This document shows positions 1-9,832 of a stretch of DNA of 64,000 nucleotides, piece after piece; position 1 is the stretch's first letter; each line of letters begins with the position of its first letter. The position numbers and the translations under genes were made by a program. The DNA is from Methyloceanibacter sp. Lineage in GTDB: Bacteria; Pseudomonadota; Alphaproteobacteria; Rhizobiales; Methyloligellaceae. The stretch spans positions 56,601 through 120,600 of the forward strand of contig NZ_JBOHJB010000001.1 in the NCBI RefSeq assembly GCF_050728395.1. The letters are read 5' to 3'. The notes beneath the pieces are model-generated. The model was not told the DNA's origin. It was given only the letters and a program-made list of their open reading frames with translations, and ran no database searches.

Positions 1-24
1 GCTTCGGTGCTCCGAGGAGACCTA

Positions 25-1503
25 ATGACGGTCAGTGGCAAGGCGTTCGTCATTTCACTCGATTGCGTGAACGCGGAACTTCTGGACGAGTGGACCGCAA
101 CCGGGCGCCTTCCCAACCTCGCGCGACTTCGCAAGCAGGGCATCGTCGGGCGCCTGAACTGCAGGTCGGTTTCGATCGAGGCAGACTGGCATACCTTCTA
201 CACCGGGCAGCAGCCCTCGGTTCACGGTCATTGCTCCTACGACGAAATCATTCCTGGGACGTACCGCAGCAGGGTGACGACCGCGCCGCGCTCGGTGTGC
301 AAGCCTTTCTGGGAGACGCTGAGCCAAGACGGCGCGAAGGTGATCGCTCTCAATCCCGTGCATGCGGCGCCCTCCCCGATCGCCAGCGGCGTCGTGATCA
401 CGGACTGGCTGGTCCACGATGCCGGCCATTACACCAAGCTCGCGAGCTACCCGCCGGAACTCGCCGGTGAACTGATCGCTCGCTACCCCGACGACCCGGT
501 CAACCCAAACGACTGGGGCCATTCCATCAACGCCAATCCGGGACGCCTGCTCGCGGCAAAACGCGAGACGCTGCGGCGCAAGGTGGAAGTGTTGAGCGAG
601 CTGCTGCGTTCGCGTGCCTGGGACCTCTGCTACGCCGGGTTCGACGAGTGCCACGAGATGAGCCACCTGTTCTGGCACATGCACGATCCCTCCCACCCGC
701 GCCACAACGAAGCGCCAGCCGCGGAAGACCCATTGGCCACGATGCTGATGGAGTTGGATGAAGTGGTCGGCCGCCTTACGGCCGACATAGACAAAGCGTG
801 CGCAGTCATCGTGGTTTCGATCAGCGGTATCGGGCCGAACTACCACTGGTCGCATCTCGTCGACACGATCTTGCGGCGCATCGATAATCCGGTTGACAGC
901 TCGGGAGGCACCTACAAGTTTCTCCGCACCCTGTGGAATCGGATTCCGCATAGCGTGCAGAGGCCGCTTTACGGGCTTCGCCATAGCCTTCGCGAAACGA
1001 TGCTGAAGCGTGACCGCCGCAAGCAACGGGCCTTCGCATTGCCGTTGAATGAGCGCGCCGGTGCGGTGCGCATCAATCTCGTCGGGCGTGAGCCGAACGG
1101 CATCATCGCCGAGGCCGAGTATGACGCAGTCTGCGAGGATCTGTCGGAGGCGTTCAATTCGCTGGTCTGCGTTGAAACCGGCACCCGGCTCGTTCGCGCG
1201 GTGATGAAGACGCGCGACGTTCTCGATGGTCCGTTCCTCGACCGCCTTCCCGACTTGATGATCGAATGGAACGTCGATCGGTCGATCAGCGCCGTGACCT
1301 CGCCTCGAACCGGCGAGATCAGGCGCGACTATACCGATGCGAGGACCGGCCACCACCTGAACGACGGGTTTCTATTGATCTCGGGCGCCGGCGCCATAGG
1401 CGAGGCGTTCAAGGGCGATGTGGACCTCGCCCACATCGCCAAGGCGGTGATTGCCCATGTTCGCTCGGCACAAGCTCCGTTTGGCGCCCGCGTCTTTGCC
1501 TGA
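25..1503 (+). CDS. Alkaline phosphatase superfamily protein (type I phosphodiesterase/nucleotide pyrophosphatase family)
   Basis: AFVISLD..., W..F.TG.QP..HG, GFDECHEMSHLFWH and C-terminal GHH...GFLLISG motifs. ATG at 25 follows GAGGAG. No signal peptide. Confidence 0.8.
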   Translation: MTVSGKAFVISLDCVNAELLDEWTATGRLPNLARLRKQGIVGRLNCRSVSIEADWHTFYTGQQPSVHGHCSYDEIIPGTYRSRVTTAPRSVCKPFWETLSQDGAKVIALNPVHAAPSPIASGVVITDWLVHDAGHYTKLASYPPELAGELIARYPDDPVNPNDWGHSINANPGRLLAAKRETLRRKVEVLSELLRSRAWDLCYAGFDECHEMSHLFWHMHDPSHPRHNEAPAAEDPLATMLMELDEVVGRLTADIDKACAVIVVSISGIGPNYHWSHLVDTILRRIDNPVDSSGGTYKFLRTLWNRIPHSVQRPLYGLRHSLRETMLKRDRRKQRAFALPLNERAGAVRINLVGREPNGIIAEAEYDAVCEDLSEAFNSLVCVETGTRLVRAVMKTRDVLDGPFLDRLPDLMIEWNVDRSISAVTSPRTGEIRRDYTDARTGHHLNDGFLLISGAGAIGEAFKGDVDLAHIAKAVIAHVRSAQAPFGARVFA

Positions 1504-1520
1504 TCGGCGGAAATGACCCC

Positions 1521-2657
1521 ATGCGAGTCTGCATCGTCACCACCGAGTTTTTGGGCGTCGGGGCATGCGGGGGGGTCGGCGTCGCCGCGCGCACCCTCGG
1601 CCGGCACCTCGTCGCCCGCGGCGTCGAGGTCAGCGTGATCGCTCCCCGCGGCGATCACCATCCTCCACCGGTGATGGAGGGGATTTCGGTCCGAACCTAT
1701 GATCGACGCGACCTGCGGGCGCTCATGCGTGAAGCCCGGGCGGCGGACGCTGATGTGTATCACTACATTCAGGCGTCGCTCGGAGCCTATCTTGGGCAAT
1801 GGGCCATGCCAGATCGCGCGCATGTCGTCGAATGTGCCGACCCGCGCGATTGGGCCGATTGGCGGATCAGTTTCCGCTTTCCGACCCACAGCGCGTTGCG
1901 GCTTCTTCCATCCTTTGCCTATTTCGGAATGCGCCCGGCAGCTCTCTCGACTCGGGGGGCTGACGCCGTTCAGGTACCGGCCCGGTTTCTCCAGGCAAAG
2001 GTCCGACGCCTCTACGGACTGAACGCCGATCCCGATTATGCTCCGATGCCGTTCGACCCCCCTGCCGGCGTCAAGAAATCGGCGTCGCCGCTCGTTTTGT
2101 TCGTCGGGCGGCTGGTGCCGATCAAGCGGCCCGAGATCTTCCTCGATGTGGCGGGGCGATTTCCGAACGTGCGCTTCGTCGTGATCGGTGGAGGAAGCGA
2201 CGAGGATTATGCAGGCGAGATGCGGCGGCGCGCCGGTGGCCTGAAGAATGTAGAGTTTACCGATTTCATCGATCAGGCCGCAGACCCTCGTTTCTTTGCA
2301 CACTTTTCCGAGGCCTGGGTGCTGATCAACACCGCTGCCCGGGAGGGGCTGCCACTGACCTTCATCGAAGCCGCGGCTAACGGTTGCGCGATTCTCAGTG
2401 CATGCAATCCGGATGGTTATGCATCGAATTTCGGATATCACGTCACCGATGGCGATTTTGCCCGCGGCCTCGATGTGCTGCTGGCCGACGACGCGTGGCG
2501 GACTGCCGGCGGGCGGGCCCAGGCGCATGCGATCCGCGAGCATGTCTCGGGCCCCGCGATCGAGCGCCAGCTCTCGATCTATAAGGCGGCCCTCGCCAGA
2601 TCAACCGGACGCAGCGAGAGGCCACGCTTGAACACCGCGCCGGTGGTCGAGCAATGA
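1521..2657 (+). CDS. Glycosyltransferase family 4 (GT-B)
   Basis: MRVCIVTTEF...GGVGVAARTL N-terminus, LFVGRLVPIKRP, and EGLPLTFIEA (EX7E) motif. Start trimmed from 1266 to ATG 1521. Confidence 0.88.
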   Translation: MRVCIVTTEFLGVGACGGVGVAARTLGRHLVARGVEVSVIAPRGDHHPPPVMEGISVRTYDRRDLRALMREARAADADVYHYIQASLGAYLGQWAMPDRAHVVECADPRDWADWRISFRFPTHSALRLLPSFAYFGMRPAALSTRGADAVQVPARFLQAKVRRLYGLNADPDYAPMPFDPPAGVKKSASPLVLFVGRLVPIKRPEIFLDVAGRFPNVRFVVIGGGSDEDYAGEMRRRAGGLKNVEFTDFIDQAADPRFFAHFSEAWVLINTAAREGLPLTFIEAAANGCAILSACNPDGYASNFGYHVTDGDFARGLDVLLADDAWRTAGGRAQAHAIREHVSGPAIERQLSIYKAALARSTGRSERPRLNTAPVVEQ

Positions 2658-2676
2658 ATCCGATTGCGCTTTCCCC

Positions 2677-4023
2677 ATGACTCTCATCGCGCGGCTTGGC
2701 GAAAACTTTAGTTCGGCCTCGCGCAAGGGAGCGGTCTCAACGATCGCCAACGCGATTGCGTCGGCGCTTGACCTCGTCTCCTTCGCGCTTGTTGCTCGCA
2801 TCCTGTCACCTGAAAATCTCGGCATCTTTCTGATTGCGCTTTCCGTCGGCACGATGGTCGAGCGGTTAGGCTCGCCGAACTTCGCACAGACATTCATGAG
2901 GCACGCGGTGCGCGCGATCGAAATGCGACGGGCCGACGACCTGCGGCGCATTCTCGATATTGCAGTGTTATTCGAGCTGGGCCTTCTCACGTTCGGACTC
3001 GCGAGTGGACTTGTCACTGCAGTGCTCGTCGTGCCTTCCGGCGAGCACGCGATCTTTACCGCCGTGGTGCTGACCGTGATGCTGACCGCGCTGCGCCCGC
3101 CGCTTCTTGCCGTGGCCATCCCACGGGCCTTTGGCCACCATGAAGCGGTCGGCGGTTGGCTCATGCTCGGCGCCATGGTGAAGGTTGCGATTCTCGCCCT
3201 GGTAATGACGAAGGGCGGCGGCATGATCGCCATCGCCATTGCTTTTGTCATTTGGCGCCTGATCTCGGCGATCGGCGGCCTTGCCATTACTTTCCGGCAG
3301 GCGCGCCGCCAGGGTGCGCTCTCGGTAAAAAGATCGGACCCGATCTCGTTTGCCGAATGGCACGAGGATTTCTGGCCCCTCACCAGGGCCAGCGCCATCA
3401 CTGTGCTTCCGCAAGCGGTCTTCGAGTTCTCCACCCCGCTTATCGGTGCTCTCAGCGGCGTCACCAATGCCGGCCTTTTTCGGCTTTCGACCAAGGTCAG
3501 CGAAGCCGCGAGGATCTACACGAACCCGGTTGCCTTTGTCGTCTACTCCGAACAGTGCGCCGCGGTTGAACGCGGAGACCTTTGCCGCTTCCGCAGTCAG
3601 ACGGTGCGCTGGTCCCTGATCGTCGGGGCGGTGACTGGACTCGGTGCGATCCTGTTTGCGGTGGCGGGTGACTTCTTCGTCGATCGGATTTTCGGAGAAG
3701 GCTACCAAGCGGCGGTGCCCGCCATAACCTGGTGCGTGGTCGCTGCGGTGCCGTACAGCATGTCGACGCTCTTGCAGTTCGGTCTCTTCGCCTTGGCCGC
3801 CGCAAACCAGGTGTTCCGTGCGGAGAGCGTCGCCGCGATCCTGTTTCTCGCGATCATTCTTGCGCTCCGCACCCCAAGTCCCGAACAGGCGGCAATCGCC
3901 TTGGCGATCAGCCGGACCGTTGGGCTTGCCGCATACGCCGCGCTGTTCGTCAAGGCGCTGGGCAAGAGGATGGGAGCGGTCGAAGGTGAGCGATCTCAGA
4001 TTTCGGCGCTGGACGAACCATGA
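2677..4023 (+). CDS. Oligosaccharide flippase / Wzx-like (MOP superfamily) membrane protein
   Basis: About 12 hydrophobic segments, ARILSPENLGIF and AGLFRLSTKV patterns typical of PST exporters. Confidence 0.75.
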   Translation: MTLIARLGENFSSASRKGAVSTIANAIASALDLVSFALVARILSPENLGIFLIALSVGTMVERLGSPNFAQTFMRHAVRAIEMRRADDLRRILDIAVLFELGLLTFGLASGLVTAVLVVPSGEHAIFTAVVLTVMLTALRPPLLAVAIPRAFGHHEAVGGWLMLGAMVKVAILALVMTKGGGMIAIAIAFVIWRLISAIGGLAITFRQARRQGALSVKRSDPISFAEWHEDFWPLTRASAITVLPQAVFEFSTPLIGALSGVTNAGLFRLSTKVSEAARIYTNPVAFVVYSEQCAAVERGDLCRFRSQTVRWSLIVGAVTGLGAILFAVAGDFFVDRIFGEGYQAAVPAITWCVVAAVPYSMSTLLQFGLFALAAANQVFRAESVAAILFLAIILALRTPSPEQAAIALAISRTVGLAAYAALFVKALGKRMGAVEGERSQISALDEP

Positions 4024-5981
4024 GCACAGCGGGCGATCGGCGGAAGGCTCTCCAAAGCGGCATGACCGTAGTTCTTGCCGGCGGCATGCTCGCGTTCCTG
4101 GTCATGGTCGCCTGGACGTGGGCCTCGACCCCGGTCTCGTTCGACGGCGGCATTAATCTACAGGTCGCTCAAAATATGGCGGATGGCGCCGGCTACGCGC
4201 GAAACTACCAGGGCCTTCGCTACTTTCCGAGCGAGGTTGCGACCAACGTTCCGTACGTCCTGCCGGCCACCGCAATCTTCGCCCTGTTCGGCGTAAACCT
4301 TGTCACCGCGCAACTCACCAATATCGTTTACCTGGCCCTCTTTGCCGTGGCGCTCTTCGTGTTCCTCGGGCGATCGATGGGCATGGCTTGGGCCAGCTTC
4401 GCCGTGTTGGCCACCTTCGCCGCGCCCGGGATGATGATTTATGGCGGAAATGGTTACGGCGAGCTCGTGGCCCTGTTTTGGTGGCTGCTTGGGACCCTCA
4501 TCCTGTTTTCAGGATCCCCGCCCCCCAGCTCACGAGATCTGTTCCTTTGCGGCGTCTGCTTCGGGTTGAGCGTCGCGACAAAAACGGTGCTCGCGATCGG
4601 CGTGGGCAGCACCGGGCTGATCCTGTGCCTCTACTCGCTGCAGGCGGAGGGGCTCAGCCGCAATACACTGCAGAGGATTCTTTTTGTCGCCGCCGGCTTC
4701 GCCGTTCCGTTGGCGGCGATCGAAGCCTGGCGTTGGCTCGCGCTCGGCAACAGCGCCACTTACCTCGATTGGTGGCAATTCCAGTTCGTTGAAATCGGCG
4801 AGCAGGCCGGCGTCGTCGAGCACTTCCAGGACACGCCGGGAGTCTGGGCCAAGGGCGCAAAGCACTTCGTAGTCTTGTCGAACTATCTTCAGCTCAATCC
4901 CGCCCTCGCTGCTGTCTGGCTTTTGTTCCCTTGCCTGGTTTGCAGCCTCTACGCGTTCTCGCCGAGGAAGGAGCTGAAATGGCTGGTGCTCAGCATTTTG
5001 CTGTGCGCAGTCGCTTACATGACGTGGTGGCTGTTCGTCACACCTTCGATGAAGGCGTGGCCGCGGCGGATCTTCAACGGCGTCGTCCTCATCAATCTTC
5101 TTTGGGTGTTCGCCTGCTATGCCGGCAACGCCGTTCCCTTCCTTGCAAGAAGATCGGCGGCCGTGCTTTCAGCCCTGTCGATCCTCGCGGCTTGCGCATT
5201 CTTCGTGCATGGCGGATTGCAGGCATTCTCTTCGAAAAAGCCGGCACTCGAGCGCGAATTCGCGCGGGCGGTCGAAGCCCTCGAGAGCGCGCCCGGCAAC
5301 GCACCAATATTCGGCAAGGGCTGGTACTCGTCGCCGGTGCTCGCCTTGTATTCCGGTCGCACAGTCACCGATATCAACACCGTGCCCGCCGCCGAGCTGG
5401 AGAAGCAGACAGCGGCCTATCTTGCCATCGATCCGCCGGCAATCGCGGCCAAGGCGTTCGATATCTATCTCAGGCGCTTCCAGCATCGTGCCGTTTTGAT
5501 CGGGCAATGGTTTCAAGTCTATGAGGTGGATTTCAGTTCGAGGCTGGACTGGACGGAGCCCTTCCGGAATCCCGATGCAAGCCTCAAACACGACATCGAA
5601 TTCGCGGGCGAAACTTACGCCCCGGCGATCGGCCTCTTCGACGACCATTGGGCCTCGATGGATACGGAGCTTCTGCTGGCGCCGGTGAAGGCGTCGGAGG
5701 TCAGGCTCACCGTTTATCGACCAATGGTGCCTTACCTTTTTGATCGGCCACTCACCATCACGGCTTACTTGGAAGGGTGCGAGCTCGGCAGCAATGTCGT
5801 ACCCACGGACCGCGTGACGACTCTGACTTTCAAGGTTCCAGCGACCTGTGCGCTCGGCGAAGGTCAGCCACTCGTTTTGCGGCTGATATCCGACAACATC
5901 AGCCGCGGAGACAGCCGTTGGGGAATAGAAAGCCGCCAACTCAGCTATATTCTTACCCGGGTGGCCCTCGTGCCGGGCTGA
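4020..5981 (+). CDS. GT-C (ArnT/PMT-like) membrane glycosyltransferase with C-terminal soluble beta-rich domain
   Basis: First-loop SFDGGINLQVA...Y, multi-TM body, GLSVATK motif. ATGA overlap with the upstream gene. Confidence 0.65.
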   Translation: MSTAGDRRKALQSGMTVVLAGGMLAFLVMVAWTWASTPVSFDGGINLQVAQNMADGAGYARNYQGLRYFPSEVATNVPYVLPATAIFALFGVNLVTAQLTNIVYLALFAVALFVFLGRSMGMAWASFAVLATFAAPGMMIYGGNGYGELVALFWWLLGTLILFSGSPPPSSRDLFLCGVCFGLSVATKTVLAIGVGSTGLILCLYSLQAEGLSRNTLQRILFVAAGFAVPLAAIEAWRWLALGNSATYLDWWQFQFVEIGEQAGVVEHFQDTPGVWAKGAKHFVVLSNYLQLNPALAAVWLLFPCLVCSLYAFSPRKELKWLVLSILLCAVAYMTWWLFVTPSMKAWPRRIFNGVVLINLLWVFACYAGNAVPFLARRSAAVLSALSILAACAFFVHGGLQAFSSKKPALEREFARAVEALESAPGNAPIFGKGWYSSPVLALYSGRTVTDINTVPAAELEKQTAAYLAIDPPAIAAKAFDIYLRRFQHRAVLIGQWFQVYEVDFSSRLDWTEPFRNPDASLKHDIEFAGETYAPAIGLFDDHWASMDTELLLAPVKASEVRLTVYRPMVPYLFDRPLTITAYLEGCELGSNVVPTDRVTTLTFKVPATCALGEGQPLVLRLISDNISRGDSRWGIESRQLSYILTRVALVPG

Positions 5982-6102
5982 TTGCCCAATAAAAAGCTGC
6001 GATGTATCGCTGCAAGATTGCCTAGCCGCCAGAAGTTTTGGCATACTTCCGGCCAGAACATCATCGAGGTGTGCATTTCGCGCAGTTGTAGCGGGGAAAT
6101 TC

Positions 6103-7164
6103 ATGGACGCGCGCCACTATTCGCGAAGACGCGGTCAGCATGGCACCCCTCGCTTACCAAGGAAACTCATCATCCAGATCCCCTGCCTCAATGAGGCAGA
6201 GACTTTGCCGATCACGCTCGCGGATCTTCCCCGGCAGGTGCCGGGCTATGACATCGTAGAATGGCTCATCGTCGATGACGGGAGCAGCGACGACACCGTT
6301 GAGGTGGCTAAGGCCCACGGCGCGGACCACATCGTCAGTTTGGGCGGACGTTATGGTCTTGCGGTCGCCTTCATGGTTGGCGTCGAAACCTGTCTGAGGC
6401 TGGGGGCGGACACGATCGTCAACACGGATGCGGACAACCAGTACCGCGCCGAATACATTCCAGACTTGGTTCGCCCGATTCTGGAAGGCCGCGCGCAGAT
6501 CGTGATCGGTGCGCGTCCGATCCTCGAAACCGAGAACTTCTCGTGGTTCAAGCGTCGCCTGCAACGTCTGGGCAGCTGGGTGGTGCGGGCGGCGAGCAAG
6601 ACAGACATCCCGGATGCCCCCAGCGGTTTTCGTGCCATTCATCGCGAAGCGGCAATGCAGCTCAATGTCTTCAGTGCGTACACCTATACGCTCGAGACGA
6701 TCGTTCAGGCCGGACGCAAACGAATTCCCATCACCTGGGTGCCGATCAAGACGAACCCCCCCTTGAGGCCATCGCGTCTGATCTCGTCCGTGCCTCGCTA
6801 CGTCGCGCTTTCGGTTTTGACCATTCTCCGTATCTTCATCACCTATAAGCCGGCACGCTTTTTCGGAATTCTGAGCCTGATCGCCTTGGTGCCGGGACTG
6901 ATTTCGATTATTCGCTTTCTCGTTCTATTTTGGCTGGGAAGGGGCGGAGGACATGTCCAGTCCCTGGTGCTTGGGGCCAGTCTTGTCGGGTTGTCTGCTC
7001 TCCTCCTGCTCGGCGGCGTGATTGCCGATCTCATCGCCACGAACCGACGGCTTTTGGAGGATATCCGCGTGAGGATGTGCCGACAGGAAGCCCGCTTGTC
7101 GTACTCGACGCGCGGCGAAGTCTCGGTCGAACCCGATCGGCCCGATACCGCTCAAACGTCCTGA
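6103..7164 (+). CDS. GT2 polyprenol-phosphate glycosyltransferase (DPM1-like) with two C-terminal TM helices
   Basis: IIQIPCLNEAE, VDDGSSDDT, NTDADNQY and DAPSGFRA motifs. Confidence 0.88.
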   Translation: MDARHYSRRRGQHGTPRLPRKLIIQIPCLNEAETLPITLADLPRQVPGYDIVEWLIVDDGSSDDTVEVAKAHGADHIVSLGGRYGLAVAFMVGVETCLRLGADTIVNTDADNQYRAEYIPDLVRPILEGRAQIVIGARPILETENFSWFKRRLQRLGSWVVRAASKTDIPDAPSGFRAIHREAAMQLNVFSAYTYTLETIVQAGRKRIPITWVPIKTNPPLRPSRLISSVPRYVALSVLTILRIFITYKPARFFGILSLIALVPGLISIIRFLVLFWLGRGGGHVQSLVLGASLVGLSALLLLGGVIADLIATNRRLLEDIRVRMCRQEARLSYSTRGEVSVEPDRPDTAQTS

Positions 7165-7199
7165 TTGCCGCAGATAGTCGTGCGGAGGTTGGGTGCCTC

Positions 7200-8771
7200 T
7201 CACGGGCGATGCTTGGCGCAGAACTCAGATTCGCGGTTCCCGCATAAGATCTGGATCTGTCGTGGGGTAGGCTCAGAGAGCTTGATCAACACCACCCCGT
7301 CGAAGCGAGCGATCGAGCCGCGCTCCGGCCAGGACGGCATGGCGCTCGTGTCATCGAAAGCTTTTTCCATCTGCTTGTCGGTGGCGGGGTTGAACGTTGC
7401 GTTCGATAGGAAATTAAGGAACGCGGCGACACGGCCGCGACTACCACCGTCCCAGCGAAAGAACGAGGCTCCCAGAGTCGAGGACGGCACCTCGGGAATC
7501 AAGGTGTCACGCTTCGTCGGTCCTTGGCCCACAACCGCGATGGTGAAGGTGCTTTCGTTGGGGAACAGCTCCGCTATGCGCGACAGGATCTGTGTCCCCA
7601 GCACCTTGTCACGTTCCAGAGACCAATGCCCCGCGTAGTACTGCTTGTTATTGATGGCCGAGAATTGGATCATGACGATCGCCATGATCGGCAGGATGAT
7701 CCAGCGGCGAAGCCTCGGGCCAGCGGCTTCCGTGGCAAAAAGGGCGAGAACGGCGACCGCCGCCGGCAGGGCGATAAGAGTTCGGTACGGCATATCGCCG
7801 TTGTTGATTGGGTGCTGAACAAAGGGCGCCGCCACTATCGCCACGAGGAGTCCAGTCCAGAGCAAAGCCCCTCCCCTCGTTCTTCTCCATTCGATCGCGA
7901 CCGTCCAAACGAGGATCGCGAGACTGAGTGCAGCGAGCAACCGGTAGGCCAGATTGAACCGCAGGAAGGTTGAGGCAGCGCCGCTGTAAAATCTCCACGC
8001 CTGCTCGAACGTCCTCTGCAGGATGGCGCCCGGATAGGCCGCGAGAAGATCGGATCTTACATAACTTGGCAGATATTCGAGCTGCTGGCCGAAGCCTTTG
8101 AGAAGAGCAAACGCGATCAGTCCGTACAACAGTAGCCCGCACAAGATGATGCTCCCGTACCAGGCGAAGCGGCGCCAATGCGCATTCCAATCGAACTCCT
8201 TTGCCAGCCAGATTTGCCTCGCGAGGTCGGCAAGGAAGACGACAAGCAAGAAATAAAGGAGCGACTGATAGAGAGCGATGACGAAGGCGACCAGCACCGT
8301 CGCGAGAAAGAACCGCAGTACAGTTCTCACATTCGCAGCGCAGAGTGCGCCCACGGACACGAGCGCGCCCAACCCGACTATAGTCGCAAGATTGCTGAAG
8401 GCGAACGCGTAGAGAAGGACCGGAAATCCGAAAAACATGCCTGCCGCGACGATCACAGACTCCCAGTTTTTGACTTGGAGTCGTCGCATCAGCAGCACGA
8501 AGGCAGTGCCGTAAAGCACCAGTCCTGTCATCATGTGCGTGACGGGCAGCGGCGTTCTCAACCACGACACCACAAAAGCTCCCCACCGCGCCCTCCGGAT
8601 GTAGTTGAGCAGGTCAGGTTTGTTGAGCATCAGCTCCTCATCGATGCTCAGCGTGTATTGGAAAATCTCGTAGCCGTGGAAATACAGGGAGCAAAAAATT
8701 GCCATGACGATCGCCACGCCGATAACCGGCTCCACTGCAATCTGTTGGCGGGGCAGAGACTCATTGGTCAT
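7200..8771 (-). CDS. GtrII-family (Glucos_trans_II) GT-C glycosyltransferase
   Basis: SIDEE first-loop motif, R.RW, ALYQS, MPYRTL, multi-TM body followed by a periplasmic domain. Confidence 0.75.
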   Translation of the reverse strand: MTNESLPRQQIAVEPVIGVAIVMAIFCSLYFHGYEIFQYTLSIDEELMLNKPDLLNYIRRARWGAFVVSWLRTPLPVTHMMTGLVLYGTAFVLLMRRLQVKNWESVIVAAGMFFGFPVLLYAFAFSNLATIVGLGALVSVGALCAANVRTVLRFFLATVLVAFVIALYQSLLYFLLVVFLADLARQIWLAKEFDWNAHWRRFAWYGSIILCGLLLYGLIAFALLKGFGQQLEYLPSYVRSDLLAAYPGAILQRTFEQAWRFYSGAASTFLRFNLAYRLLAALSLAILVWTVAIEWRRTRGGALLWTGLLVAIVAAPFVQHPINNGDMPYRTLIALPAAVAVLALFATEAAGPRLRRWIILPIMAIVMIQFSAINNKQYYAGHWSLERDKVLGTQILSRIAELFPNESTFTIAVVGQGPTKRDTLIPEVPSSTLGASFFRWDGGSRGRVAAFLNFLSNATFNPATDKQMEKAFDDTSAMPSWPERGSIARFDGVVLIKLSEPTPRQIQILCGNRESEFCAKHRP

Positions 8772-8878
8772 GCAAGGTGCTCTTGGCGGCCGGTCGGTAG
8801 CGAAGACCTAGCATAGCCGCGGAGAAAATTCGGAGAAGTTCCCGTAGGAACCGCTGTTTTGAGCTAAGCTTCAGCGAC

Positions 8879-9613
8879 ATGGACGCCTCGCAGCACGAGA
8901 GTATCGTGGCCGGAAACGTGTCGGAAACGCCGTTAAGGATTGCTGTCTTCGGCGGCAAGGGTGGCGGCGGTCAGGCGACGCAAACGATTCTCAACCTCAT
9001 CCGTTCGGGACGCCGTTATTCATTTGCCGGATATCTCAACGATCGATCACCCGTCGGCACGGCACTCCTCGGCGGAAGTGTGCTTGGAAACTTCGATGCC
9101 TGGCCGAGTATCGGCAGCACTACCCTCTTCGTCGCGCCACTGCACAAAGTCGGCTACATGCAGCAGAACTGCACGCGAATTATTGACCTTGGCATCCCCA
9201 GCTCACGTTGGGCGACCTTGATCGATCCAATGGCGGCGGTCGCGGACAATGCCGTTATTGGCCCGGGCACCTACCTTGTTCCTTTCGCGAACGTCGCAAT
9301 GGAAAGCACTATCGGGGCGCACTGCACCGTTCGAGCCGGCGCCAACGTCGGAAATGATGTCACTGTCGAAGACTTCGTCTTTCTTGGTGCTAATTCGATT
9401 CTCTGCAGTGGCGCCAAGATCGAGTCGGGCACTCATATCGCTCCGGGAGCCAAGGTCGTGAATGGCGTGCGAGTGGGCCGGTTCGCCGTCGTCGGCCTCG
9501 GCGCCATCGTTACCAGGGATGTCCCGGACTACGCGGTCGTGGCCGGCAGTCCGGCCCGGGTTCTCCGAGAGATCGAGCCCATTGCGGTACCGCCGTGGTC
9601 TTTCCCCCGGTAA
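8879..9613 (+). CDS. Sugar O/N-acetyltransferase, NeuD/PglD hexapeptide-repeat family
   Basis: N-terminal Rossmann-like segment, ATLIDPMA, hexapeptide repeats, VVGLGAIVTRDVPDYAVVAGSPAR. Confidence 0.85.
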   Translation: MDASQHESIVAGNVSETPLRIAVFGGKGGGGQATQTILNLIRSGRRYSFAGYLNDRSPVGTALLGGSVLGNFDAWPSIGSTTLFVAPLHKVGYMQQNCTRIIDLGIPSSRWATLIDPMAAVADNAVIGPGTYLVPFANVAMESTIGAHCTVRAGANVGNDVTVEDFVFLGANSILCSGAKIESGTHIAPGAKVVNGVRVGRFAVVGLGAIVTRDVPDYAVVAGSPARVLREIEPIAVPPWSFPR

Positions 9614-9832
9614 GCAGGCTACCGGCAGAACCGCGCCTGCCCAAGCATTGCCTCGAGAGCCAAAGCGTTGGCCACTCATGGCCGCGTTGATCGCGCCGAT
9701 GTTGTTCGTCACCAAGATCGGGTTTGGCTTGGCGTGCGGCGTCGAATTGATCGACGGCACGCAACCGTTCCGCACAGCAACACGAATTGTTATGCAGATG
9801 AGACGCCCCAGCAGTTGAAAGACCTGAGACGA

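Noticed and set aside
55-2543. Long minus-strand ORFs (55-1356, 1329-2543)
   Set aside because: They are antisense shadows of well-supported + strand genes in high-GC DNA and show no family motifs.
9614-9832. 220-bp gap between convergent genes, partly covered by ORF 9203-9775 (-)
   Set aside because: I found no convincing motif, RNA structure or repeat, so I cannot support a gene or remnant.
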